Shown piece after piece: positions 1 to 12,765 of a stretch of DNA of 64,000 nucleotides. The notes beneath the pieces were generated by a model. It made no database searches. It was given only the letters and a program-made list of their open reading frames with translations, and was not told where the DNA came from. Numbering within the stretch: the stretch's first letter is position 1; each line of letters opens with the position of its first letter. Made by a program: the position numbers and the translations under genes. Source of the DNA: Octopus vulgaris (lineage: Eukaryota); the NCBI GenBank assembly GCA_951406725.2, contig OX597814.1, positions 94,426,001-94,490,000 of the forward strand, in the 5' to 3' direction.

Positions 1-118
1 ATTAATCATATTAATAAGGTAATAATTAGATGGCCAGCAAGTTCGCACCATTACAGGCACAATATAAGGCACATTTAGATACGTAGGGTATGTAATACCA
101 ACAATTATTTCACCCACA

Positions 119-219
119 TTATATGTATAACTGCTCCCCCCCATATATATATATATATATATATATAGGTACACACATACATATGCATATATACCTATAT
201 ATCTGTATATGTGTATGTG

Positions 220-266
<47 letters not shown>

Positions 267-319
267 ATATATACAGATATATAAGTATATATGCATATGT
301 ATATATGCATATATACATA

Positions 320-354
<35 letters not shown>
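119..354. repeat. Compound (TA)n/(TACA)n microsatellite
   Basis: Directly visible dinucleotide runs; source of spurious YI-repeat ORFs. Confidence 0.95.
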
Positions 355-958
355 GGGGGGTGTTATACATTCATACATACATATATATTTAGGTATGTGT
401 ACATGCGTGTGTTTGCGTATGTCTATATTGAGGTTGTGACGTTATTTTGTGTGATTATATGTAGATATCTGTGCATATATGAATGTATATTTGCTAGCTT
501 ATTATATATAACTGTTCTAAATCTACGCTGCTAAATGTTCCATTTAAAATAATTACATTAAGTTTTACATTAATAAGATCTGACATCAAAATCGTCATGG
601 AATGCTTCTATTTTGCATTCACCGCAAATAGCTTCAATATAATGCTGATCATTCCTCTTTATTTTAAGTATTTCACCAACTACCAATACACTAATATGTG
701 TTGAGCTCATACTAAAGTATTGAAAAACTGCTACAGCTGAATTTAGTCTCATATTTATTATTAGTTGTTTCTATGTTTAATTTCACTTTTGGCATCAAAA
801 TTAGAATTGCTGGCTAGACAAATATCCGTCCGCCTTTTGTGGCATTAAAGAATTATTTTGTTTCAGTGATAGTAAAGTTGGCCGTGATGAAACTGCTCAA
901 CGCAGGATTGGCAGTATCTAGTTTTATATTCTGCCCATATGTACCAACTGAAATTATT

Positions 959-1187
959 TATTTCTTTACTACCCACAAGGGGCGAAACACAGAGCGGACA
1001 AACAAGGACAGACAAATGGATTAAGTCGATTACATCGGCCCCAGTACTGGTACTTAATTTATCGACCCCGAAAGGATGAAAGGCAAAGTCGACCTCGGCG
1101 GAATTTGAACTCAGAACGTAACGGCAGACGAAATACGGCTACGCATTTCGCCCGGCGTGCTAACGGTTCAGCCAGCTCACCGTCTTC
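959..1187 (-). mobile_element. tRNA-derived SINE, family A, with 21-bp TSD
   Basis: Minus strand has a B-box-like GAGTTCAAATTCC and the family body gtcgactttgcctttcatcctttcggggtcgata. Flanked by identical tatgtaccaactgaaattatt at 938-958 and 1188-1208. Confidence 0.9.
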
Positions 1188-1758
1188 TATGTACCAACTG
1201 AAATTATTGTTAACCTCCTTTCGTCAATGACACAGGATTCTTTGTAAAATATCCAATATTTCTAGTATCTGTCTATAGCCATTTTATCTTTGTATATGTG
1301 AAAGGTCTCCAAACAGGTCTCAGGCATTGATCGCGGGGTATATTATTTAAGGATAGAAAACAGATCAAAGGAGAGAATCTCCATGGAATCACTGGAAATG
1401 CTCCCCATGCAACTAAATCAACCCATCCCGAAATTCTACGGCCTCGTCCCATTAATTGTATACATTAGATTATATTAACTGTGTACTCTAAAAACATGAC
1501 GATATGATCACACTAATGGCAATATACCATCGATCTTACCAGAAATGGGAGCCAAGTTGTAATGTAAGTTCCTTAAATGCTTACCTCAGTTTATTTTTTA
1601 TTTGCGTCAATAGTCGACAGTTTTGCTGTTTATATTAAATATGTCGACATTGAAAATTATTGAAATATTTCATCCTTGAGAAACAGAAAAATGAGAAAAA
1701 ATAAGAAAAATAATGTGACATTCATTTTTTTCTGTCTCTTTATTATTGAGCTCAATTT

Positions 1759-1971
1759 AAGGCAGCGAGATGGCAGAATAGTTAGCACGCTGGGCAAAGT
1801 GCTTAGCGGCATTTGGTCCGACTTTACATTTTGAGTTCAAATTCCGCCGAGGTTGACTTTGCCATTCATCTTGTTGGCTTGGATAAAATAACTATCATTT
1901 GAGCACTAGCATCGATGTAGTTAACTTATCCCCTTCCTCGAAATTGTGGGCCTTGAACCAAATTTGAAGCC
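1759..1971 (+). mobile_element. SINE family A, diverged copy with TSD
   Basis: ggcagcgagatggcagaatagttagcacg...ttgagttcaaattccgccgagg. Direct repeat attattgagctca at 1742-1754 and 1972-1984. Confidence 0.85.
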
Positions 1972-2153
1972 ATTATTGAGCTCAGTTAACCCATATTCTC
2001 CTAGCATGCCATATTTGGCACAATGTGTATGCTTCATCTGCATGTCCATAACTTTTCTTGTACGATACTAATTTAATGATTTATTACTATTTGGTAGACT
2101 GCTTGGTTAGCATTTAAATTTTATAACTAATTTGATTAGTACCAAGCTGCTTT

Positions 2154-2449
2154 TTTTCGCCCTTTTCAAGCCTAGCCAGGCTCATGGGCCCGGTTCCCCG
2201 GTTTCTGTGGTGTATGTGTTCCCCCCAACTGAACGGGACGCCAGTCCATCGCAGCGTAACTCAAGAAACAGGAAGAGAGAGTGAAAGAAAGTTGTGGCAA
2301 AAGAGTACAACAGAGGTCACCTGCCGGAGCCTCGTGGAGCTTTTAGGTGTTTTCGCTCAATAAACACACACAACGCCCGGTCTGGGAATCGAAGCCGCGA
2401 TCCTCCGACCGATAGTCCGCTGTCCTCACCACTGGGCCATTGCGCCTCC
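2154..2449 (-). mobile_element. tRNA-derived SINE, family B, with 13-bp TSD
   Basis: Minus-strand head ggaggcgcaaTGGCCCAGTGG...ggcTTCGATTCCcagacc (A and B boxes). TSD accaagctgcttt at 2141-2153 and 2450-2462. Confidence 0.9.
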
Positions 2450-2831
2450 ACCAAGCTGCTTTAGTGTATGTAAATTGTTTCAATTTCTGAGTATAGAATT
2501 TTGAAGGAAAATTCTTGTAATGTCTATAAAAAGTATTTTTGCATTTTGTTTTTATGAAAACAGTTCGTGTTTTTTTAGTGGCTGTCATGAATTACTAGTG
2601 TGTATTTTATTTAACTTTGATAAAATTCTTGCAAAAGGTAACTGTAGCAGCAATGTCTAAATATTATGAAAATTTCAGAGCTGGTTAATTAACTACCGTT
2701 ATTATTTTTCAAATGCGCATCAGGTCAGAAATTTGTCTTTGTTGTGGAAGGAAGGATATTCGATTACCTCAACTCCGTTATTTGACTGTTACCTATTTCA
2801 GTGACCCTTAAATGGTGAAAAATAAGGATTA

Positions 2832-4122
2832 CGAGGGATGATCAATAAGTAATGCCCCTGACCCATTTGCAGTTGTTTGATCTAGCTGAAATTTTGCATG
2901 TGAAATCATTTCTATCTCTATAAATTAAGTGGCAAATTACAGCTCTGAACTAATTGTAGTTTCTGATTTACTGGTGTTTGAACTGAGTCAAGTGTGAAAT
3001 GGAGCCTGTTGAGTGTCGAGCAGTGATCCGGTTTTTGTATTTGAAAGGACGCACACCACAGGAGACTTTTGATGAAATGAAAGTAACTTATGGTAATGAT
3101 GCCCCATCATATGACCTTGTAAAACGCTGACATCGTGAATTCAAACATGGTCGGAACTCTGTGGAAACAGCTCCCAGATCTGGTTGCCCCCTTTCTGCCA
3201 TTGATGAGGCATCTGTCCGTCAAGTTGAGGCTGCCATTTTGGAAGATCGACGCATAACTATTCGCCAAATAGCCCATGAGGTCAAGATTAGTACCGGGTC
3301 TGTCGAAACTATCATTCATGACCATTTGCATATGCAAAAGGTGTCTGCCAGATGGATTCCCAAGTTGCTCACACCTTTCCAGAAGCAAGAACGCGTTGAG
3401 TGCTCAAGGATGAATTTGGAGATGTGCCAAGAAGATGAGTCAAAACTTTTCAAAAGACTGATTACACAGGATGAAACCTGGATCCATCACTATGATCTAG
3501 AGACCAAAGTCCAGTCAATGCAGTGGAAGCACCGTGACTCACCTCCTCCAAAGAAGGCAAGGGTGCAGCCCTCCGCTGGTAAGGTCATGCTCACAGTCTT
3601 CTGGGACCAGGACAGAATAGTGATGACAGGTTTCCTGGCAAAGCGTTCCACAATTACAGGAGCCTATTATGCTTCACTTTTGAGGAAATTAAGAGAAGCT
3701 ATCAAAATCAAGAGGCGGGGCAAGATCAGCAAAGGCATCCTCCTCCTGCAGGACAACGCTCCGGTCCACAACTCACGTGTTGCCAGATCAGAAGCACAGG
3801 CGTGCGGCTATGAACTCTTCCCCCATCCCCCAACTCTCCTGACCTTGCACTCTCTGATTTTCACCTCTCCCCAGCCATGAGGTTGTTTTTGAAAGGAAAG
3901 CGTTTCCCAGATGATACAGCCTTGATTTCTGAAGTCACGTCGTGGTCGGAGGACCAAGCTGGGGTCCTCTACAAAAACGGTCTCCAGAGCTGATCAAATG
4001 ATGGGAGAAATGCGTAACTCTGGGTGGTTCCTATGTAGAAAAAGACTAATAACTGTGCCAAGTTTTGTTGCTCTACTTCTATGAGAAGTGAGTCAGGGGC
4101 ATTACTTATTGAACGCCCCTCG
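2832..4122 (+). mobile_element. Full-length mariner (DD34D-type) DNA transposon, 1291 bp
   Basis: ~31-bp TIRs cgagggatgatcaataagtaatgcccctgac / gtcaggggcattacttattgaacgcccctcg; TA target duplications at 2830-2831 and 4123-4124; internal transposase. Confidence 0.95.
2999..4049 (+). pseudogene. Mariner transposase pseudogene
   Basis: MEPVECRAVIRFLYLKG HTH start, WIPKLL, TQDETW, QDNAPVH and frameshifted SPDLAxSDF motifs. In-frame TGA at 3128-3130; frameshifts near 3832 and ~3995. Confidence 0.92.
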
Positions 4123-4504
4123 TACCTCTCCGAGACTTGAATAAAAAATAAATGTAACGGGACACAATAAATTTTCGATGGGTATTTTGCCCGTTGGTCC
4201 ATTGCTTCTGCTAATCTTCCACTATCGTTTAATTACAAGAGCGATAATAGAAAGCAGACCATTATTTACTCATAGTTTTCCTGTAGCTATAGATATAAAA
4301 AATTACTTACATGCATTATATACATACATTTTCACACAGGCAAACGTACGCATACATTTGCAATAATTATAGACATATAAAATATATAACTCATAAACAT
4401 ACACATACATATACCAAAAATGAACAATCATAAACTACTTACCTATTACGTACTTAAGAATGTGTGTATGTACATAAGTATGTCTACAGAGTGTATGCAT
4501 GTAT

Positions 4505-4577
<73 letters not shown>

Positions 4578-5384
4578 AAATGTAAAATATTAGAAAAAAA
4601 AAACACCTTTTATCAATTCAAAATGAATAATTAAATTACACCATCTAGAAAATTACATATAATTTATTCCCTCAAATAATAATTATTATATATATATACA
4701 TATATGCACATAACTATGTGACTGATATCTGCATCTATATATGTATATGATATATGTAATATATATGAATATATGACAGCGTACTAGTTTGTAGGATATA
4801 TGAACGTATATTTTATTGCATTTCTGAGTAAAGCCTGGTCTTGTGAAGGCCGGAAGATTAAATCTTGTATTAACCACTTTAATGGACTCAGTCATATTAC
4901 TTAACTAACATAAGACATTATAACCTATAAATCCATAAAGCAGTGAATGCTTTGAATCACATCAAAGCTTATTATTTCTTTTCTTCTTCGAAACTCTTTG
5001 CACGTAGATTTTTTTGGTAATTTCTTATTCTTCTCTCGTTAATGGTGAGTTAAACAGATAGATATATATTATGTGATGTAAATAGACTATGTAGATACAT
5101 ATGAGAGTATACAAGAAACTACGTTCGGATTTGTGTGCGAACATTGGCATGGATGTGTGTATGTCAGAGAGAGAGGAGAGAAAGAGGTTTCATTGAAGAT
5201 GGTGTTACTAATACCGTTCGGCACTCGCTATATACATACGCACAGGCTGTCTGTCACTCAAGATAAAACCCATTACTTCCTGCTATTTCCGGCAGCCTAG
5301 AAAAGTATTCACTTTTAAAAGTTCATATATACATAAAAATATATATGCATACACAGATTTATACTTGCATAGATGCTTACACAC

Positions 5385-5398
5385 ACACACAGACGTAC

Positions 5399-5439
<41 letters not shown>

Positions 5440-5505
5440 AATCTCTGCGTGTGTATAGTGTGTATATATATATATATATATATATAAATGCATATATATA
5501 TATAT

Positions 5506-5561
<56 letters not shown>

Positions 5562-5577
5562 GCATATATATATATAT

Positions 5578-5628
<51 letters not shown>

Positions 5629-5782
5629 ATATACAACATATAGATATATACATATATGTAAACATATGGATGAGTGTGAACACAAACAAATATATGTTTA
5701 CATCAGAATGTACTGGTATATTGATATAAAAGCGCTTACACATTTACATACACATGCGCACACATACATAGTACATACGCGC

Positions 5783-5834
<52 letters not shown>

Positions 5835-5869
5835 GTGCATATATATGTATGCATATGTATATATATGTA

Positions 5870-5909
<40 letters not shown>

Positions 5910-5960
5910 CATATATATATATGTATGTATGCCTATGTATTTATATATATATATACATGC
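5385..5960. repeat. Large compound (TA)n/(CA)n microsatellite field
   Basis: Directly visible; unit aaatgcatatata...cacac duplicated at ~5487 and ~5559. Confidence 0.95.
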
Positions 5961-8900
5961 TTACATATAAATCTGTTTCTTTGTATGTATATACATGTTT
6001 ACACAGAGAAAGAGATGGAGAGAGAGAGGGAACATCAGAAATAGAGAATTAGGAAGTCAACGCAATACACACACGTAGCCCCACATACATACACACATAT
6101 GTATATACTTATATATACGTGTGTGTGGCTGTGTTGTGTACATGTAAGGATGAGTAACTTTTTTCGTTGTGTTGTCATACTACAAAATGTACACTTATAT
6201 ACAAGCACACATACACGCTTATATACATACACAAATGGATACATACATACAGAATCATGTATTCGACAATATAATGAAACTTTGCAATGTTCGTTCGTTT
6301 GATATTGATAACCAGTGGAAGGATGAGCGGGCAGGGACCCTACTGACAAAAAATGTTAGAGAGAAATGAAGTTATTGTAATAAGAGGTGGTCCGGGTAGA
6401 AAGACATATAGGTGGGAGACTGACGGAATGAGATCGTGAGAGAGAGAAAGAGAAAAAACTCTGTGAGAGAGAGAGGGTGGCAGAGAGAGAAATAGTCGGC
6501 TGTCAGCCAGAAAGAATGACTACGAGACAAGCAGTCAGGCAAGCACACCGAGAAAGATATCTAATGGATGGAAGAAAGAATGAATGAGAAATCAACTGGT
6601 GGCATGAGTAGGTAATCATGTTGAGAAGAGAGAAGGGGAACGAGAATAATATAGTTTTACAATAGCAAAAGGAGTTAGAGTAACAACAGAATAAATAAAT
6701 AAAGAAAAAACAGATGTAGATGGTAAACGAATGATAAAGGGAATGATTAAATGTGTTAAAAGAGAGAGGAAGGAATTTGTATTTATGATCGAGGTGTATG
6801 AAGCGTTAGTGATGGAAAATGCAGGGAAGGATTTTGTTTTAGAGCGTAAAAAATTAATCACGTACAGAAACAAAAACAAAGAAAAGAATGAGTGAGGATA
6901 ATAATGAAAATTAAGGGTGTGGGAGTATAAGTTCAAAGAAGTGAAGAGAGAATGCCAAAGATTATGAGCAAGAAAAGCCCAGGGTATAACAATATCGAAT
7001 TGAAACTTTTCCAAACCACTCAGCAGGTAGCTGCAAATCAGACAGAAATTCTCTGTCACAAAGGAATTTATAGACTTCTAAACGCAGAAAAAAGACAAAG
7101 ACTATCACAAAAAGCCATTACTCGACGTGAATTTTAGAGAACTGCATAACGACACCAAATACCAGAATAGAGAGAAGCAAGCCTCGAGGAAAATACCATA
7201 AGAACTAAAGGTAACGTGAAGCCCTTTAGGAAAAAGGAGCAAGCTAGATGCAGAAAGATTAAGAATCACTCAATAGAGAAGAAATAAAACTTTTAAGAGT
7301 TGACGCTTACTACGTTAGTATAGATTATACTCTGTGTGTGGCTGTGTGTCTGTCTGTTCGTCTGACTATGTGCGTGTGCGCGAGATAGAGAGAGAGTGAG
7401 GAAGAGAGAGAGAGAGCGTGTGTGTTTCTTTGCTTTTATATATCGTTATATGCATAAAAATGTATAGTTAACATCTTATGTCAGTTTCTTTTTGCATTTG
7501 TATACCGATATCTATGTTGTGGCTTTTTGGTGTTGTTATTGTTGTATTACCTGATCGAGGTAATCTATGATAATAAGCAATTAGTTCAGTCGTAAACACC
7601 CCTTCGTTTGTTATATCAAATACCACTTTTATCACTTTTTAAAATTATATATTTTTTCGTTTTTGTAAATCTTTTTATCATTAGGGTGTTATTTGGCTGC
7701 TTTTTCTAACCAGTAGACCGACTGCCTGGATTTTCCTTCAGTGGTACGCGATGTGGTTGTTTCTTTTCGTTTTACTTTGGTAAAACTGGTATCATATTTT
7801 AATGATTTCGTGATTGTTTGTCGAAAGCTACATATAATGATATCGTTTCTCTTCTACATTCTTTCTCACCTGTTATTTCAATTATTGAAATATTTTCAAA
7901 AGAAGTGTAATATATATGCGTATATATATGTATATATATACTTTGTTTTGCTTTTATTCTCAATTACCTTTATACGCTTTTTATTACATTGTTTCGTCTG
8001 ATATATATGCAGTCATGTATTACACATCGTTTTCACACACAAATTTTGTTAGAATGGTGGTGGTGGTGGAGACAAACTAAAATGTTTCCTAATCACAAAT
8101 AACAATGAGTACTTTACAATCTTTAGTTTTCTTTACAGTCTTTAGTTTTCTTTCACATAACTGCGATATTTTCCTCTTGTTTTTACAAAGCAGCCGTCCA
8201 AGTTTTCTTTTCTGTTGAATTGCAACATTTAAGATATTATTTACCCAGAAACATTATCTTTAATTTGTACATCGCTTATACATTTGCTTTGCTTACATAA
8301 ATTTTATTTTTCTACAATAACGTTTTGCATTTCTTTTATTAACAAAAGCGATATTTTATAGGGCGTTCTGAAAACGTTTTTGAAAGAAAAGCAAAAGTAA
8401 CACAGTATAATATATACGAGAAATTCTGCAATAATTACAATAATAAAAACGAAAACAGCAACGGAAGCCTAAAGCATTTCAAACATAAGTACAATGCCGC
8501 AGACGATTTAAGATCACTTATAGGACGCCATCTTGCCCAAAAACAATATGATTAACAATTATTTAAGGTTAGTACGTAGCAATCATTTAAGTTTATTACA
8601 TAAGTTTTCGCTACAGGATATAATTTTGCATATTTGTTGCCGTTATCTTTTCATTATGTTACAAGATATTCCATTTTCATACAATTTGCTAACAAGTGGA
8701 GGAAAACGTGTTATCGGTTTTATTAACCTCTGATTGCTTCAATCTATCCAAAATCTAACGAAAAAAAAAGATAATGCTTCTGAATTTTATGTGAATCCGA
8801 TGGAACATGATAAATAAACAAGCATTGTCTTTATCTTCTCAGCTAATCATTTTACAGTTCTTTCAGCTGTTAAAGGATGTTATTGCTTCGTTAGCCGTAT

Positions 8901-10051
8901 ATATCAGGAAAAACAACAATTTCGGGTGTATTTGGTAAAGCATACACTCACATACACAAATTCATACATCTCACAAACACATACATGAGCCGATATATTC
9001 ATTTCTGCGAGTATGTGTTGAATAGATAAGTTTGAAGAGAAACAAAGAGAGAGGGGAAAAGATAAGGAGTGAGAGAGAACGTGGTAAATTGTATTTATCA
9101 TGTAGCATTTCTAGTCATCGGGTGCTTACTTTGTATTTATTTATGTTATGGATTGTCTTTATTTGATGTTATTTGATACTTATTTTTGACTAGTCACATG
9201 CAGAAACACAAATGGAAATGAGACGCAGAAATATATTATGTACTATGTAACGGCAGATGCTGCACTCTTTTGACTTCAATTTATGCATGGGTTTATTCTT
9301 CGTTATGTCCTTCATCTGAACTATAAAATGGATGAAATATGTAGTTATGAAATATGCATTAATTAATATAGTGATAACCGACAGCATTTGACCTTGTACT
9401 TAGTTGAAATATTATTAGTTGCTTGCGTTCCAACAACCGACGCGATAAACTTTCATTTTCAATTTAAAATGCTTCTTGCACTTAGCATTTCCACAGCTGC
9501 ATTCAATAACATTTGTTACCCTTGTATATAAACTTATCCTTATGCTGTATAGACATATACAGACATAGTGAAAAATACAGACATAACCTAACATACTCGC
9601 ACATAGGCAGGCACACAGATCACTAGTTACACACAGACACGCACACACACACACATATATATATACACATACATGTGTGTACATAACTATGTATGCGTAT
9701 AGATGTATGTATATATATATACGTATATCCATATATATATGTACATACATATATATAAATACACACACACACACATATATATATGTATGTATGTATGTTT
9801 GCATGCATGTATGTATGTATGTATGAATTTATGTGTATATAGTACTCTAGTCTCAGATTTTAGTAGATAATAAAGGGAAAAGATAAATTGGAAATGAATT
9901 ACAACACTATGACCCCATTATGCTCCATGCTATTCTAAGAAATTGTAATCTGTTTTCCTAGCCATTCTTGCTACAGTAGAGACAACGTGAAGTTCTTCCA
10001 TATTATTGCTCTGTTAAAAGATATAAGAACATTTATATTAATGTATCTTAC

Positions 10052-10170
10052 CTGTTGAAGTTCCATATCTTTTCTTTTTGCAGCTGAAGATAGTGATGTA
10101 TTTAAACTGATGTAATGATTGCATTGTTCAATTAAAAGGATCCGCTTGAAACGGTCGTACTGCATAGCTA
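10052..10170 (-). CDS. Candidate exon 6 of minus-strand host gene (AMQYDRFKRILLIEQCNHYISLNTSLSSAAKRKDMELQQ)
   Basis: Acceptor tatttcaag|, strong donor CAG|GTAAGA; phase 1 to 0, compatible with 20850-20920. Confidence 0.45.
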
Positions 10171-10274
10171 CTTGAAATACTGTTGCTCATTTTGTTTATA
10201 TATATATATATATATATATACGTTTAAATATTTGTTGTGCAAGATTTTTTATGTGAAGTCGTGTGTTGAAACAG

Positions 10275-10613
10275 ATATTGTTATATTTAGGAATGGTCAT
10301 ATTGCCAGTTTAGCCAATAAAAACACACGCACTATATATTTGGTGTTATTTTGCTTCAGTGATATTTATTTCTTACATTAATCTTAATCTTATTTCGGCC
10401 AAAGTTCTTTCGTCACACTCCTGTGACCGGATCAGTGGTCCTTTGTTTTCTTCTCACTTACTGATGCGGTCACAGGAGTGTGACGAAAGAACTTTGGCCG
10501 AAATAAGATTAAGATTAATGTAAGAAATAAATATCACTGAAGCAAAATAACACCAAATATATAGTGCGTGTGTTTTTATTGGCTAAACTGGCAATATGAC
10601 CATTCCTAAATAT

Positions 10614-10621
<8 letters not shown>
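10275..10621. repeat. Near-perfect inverted repeat: 162-bp arms, 23-nt loop
   Basis: 10275-10436 is the reverse complement of 10460-10621 with one mismatch seen (10430). Lies between (TA)n tracts. Confidence 0.95.
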
Positions 10622-10662
<41 letters not shown>

Positions 10663-10789
10663 TATATTATATATATATGTGTGTGTGTGTATTATGTAAA
10701 GTATGTCTCTCTATATATAAATACATATATATATATATATATATATACATATGTATGAATACATATATATGTACATACATACATATATG

Positions 10790-10853
<64 letters not shown>

Positions 10854-11492
10854 CATAAAAAACTTACTTGTTAATACAAATTTGGTGTGTATTGCGCTCC
10901 ATTACTTAATAAATGAAAAATGTATGGTAAATAAACAAACTGCGTAACGTATGCTGAATGTAAAAACGAACGGGAGAGAAACAAGAAGTCCGTAATTCTT
11001 CATCAGTTATCAACCAATTGATAATATTCAGTTTCGCACATTTAACTTTTCTTGCGGAGAATTAGGGAGGAGAGCAAACAAAACAAAACAAGCAAAACGA
11101 CAGAGAGTGCGATTTAGGACGGTGGACAAAGACGAACGGCCGAACAAAATACAGCTTGGGGCCAAGGAGACGAGAATGGTGGGTAAAGCTTAGAAAATGT
11201 CTTGAAGGATGGAGAACTGAGAGACAGAGAATTTGTGGCTGGTCAGCTACGGGACCAATGTAAGAAAGGATGAAAAGGGGAAACTGACCTTGGTTCACTT
11301 GACAGCAGCAGGCAGAGGTCTAATACTATGTATCCTTAGAAGTGTTGAACATAATTTATGGGTTCATGAAGGAATCGCATCTGAAAATTTGTTCAGCATA
11401 TTAGTATTAAATAATTTTAGAATAAGATACGATTCCCTAATGTATAATTTACGTCTATGCGATCCATTACTAAACAGGGGTGCACTGGACAC

Positions 11493-11800
11493 ATAGAATT
11501 AGACCTACTAACTAAATCTATTAAAACTTAACTTATTAATATTTGAATGTCTTTGCTGTTTGCCGTGAATCTTAGATCCTTCCATTCTAGCCAGAATATT
11601 ATCACTAACATATGAGCTCTGTATACTTGCGAATAATAAAAAAAAAACACCCATAAGTTCTATTCAACGTTTCTAAGGATATATAGAATTAGATCTGGTA
11701 ACTAAATCTATTAAAAGTTATCTTATTGATATTTGAATTCTTAACCATGAACTTTAAGTCCTTCCGTTCTTGCCAATATATTATCATTTGCATATGAGCT
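11493..11800. repeat. Diverged direct repeat, 190-bp period
   Basis: atagaattaga...actaaatctattaaaa...catatgagct at 11493-11618 and 11683-11800. Confidence 0.8.
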
Positions 11801-12432
11801 TTGAAAATATATTAAAAACATTAAAAACAGTTCTCCTCCTTTTTAAATCTATCAAATTATTTCCATGTAGGATTTCATCACGAAGGAAACCATTCTGATG
11901 ATGTGGGTATTATGTTTTTGTATATGGAATACTTAAAACGCTATTTATACATTTAATGTACCCCTAAAATGGTCGTAGATGATATACTATACCCGAATTC
12001 ACCCGAATTTGTATATTTATCTTATCTAATTTTTACCCAATTTATTTACTCTTAAATTTTTAAGTTTTGAACCCTCATCCGACATTTCATATAAACATTA
12101 AATTCTTAATCGATTGGAACAGTTCCTTTTGGAAGCCCCTTGCTTGCATTTTTGCTTCTTTATTTGTCACTTCCCCATTCGGTACCTGACCCCAACGTAC
12201 ATGCTGCATAGTTTTTACATATAACTTTTACATGTGATTTTATTCACTTATTTATGAATTTATATGTATATTTCGTCGTGTGCTTTGGAATTTGTATTAA
12301 TTGGCCTTCCATAATTCTTCTTATCCTACATATATATACTACAAAGAATGTAGTATATAACAATATGACAAAGCATATCCATGAGATATGGTTGGAAAAG
12401 ATTTCATCTTACAATCTCCAAAGTGTATGTAT

Positions 12433-12765
12433 GCATATGGCTCATACGTTACAGCGTCGAGCTTACAATCGTGAGGTTGTGAGTTCGATTCCCGAAGAGA
12501 TAAAGTATCTTCAGCAAACCACCTTATTTGACATTGCTCCAGTTCACTGAGCTGTAGAAAATAGATACGATGACAATGTTGGCAAGCTGTATCAGTATTT
12601 GCCTTTCCTTGGACAACATCAGTGGCGTGGAGAGAGAAGATTGCTATGCATGGACAACTGCTGATCTTCCATAAAGAACCCTGCCCGGATTTACACCTCG
12701 GAGGATAACTTTCTCTGTGCAATCCCATGATTATTCATGACCGAAGTGGATCTTAAACCTACCCT
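12433..12765 (+). mobile_element. tRNA-derived SINE, family C, diverged
   Basis: B box gagttcgattccc and central ttgctccagttcactgagctgtagaaa; homologous to 63697-63925. Confidence 0.75.

Noticed and set aside
3161-3880. Possible domesticated SETMAR-like gene
   Set aside because: No SET domain, disrupted frame, and intact TIRs/TSD mark it as a transposon copy.
6360-7300. Purine-rich stretch with 147-aa minus ORF
   Set aside because: Low-complexity GA bias explains the F/S/L-rich ORF; no recognisable motifs.
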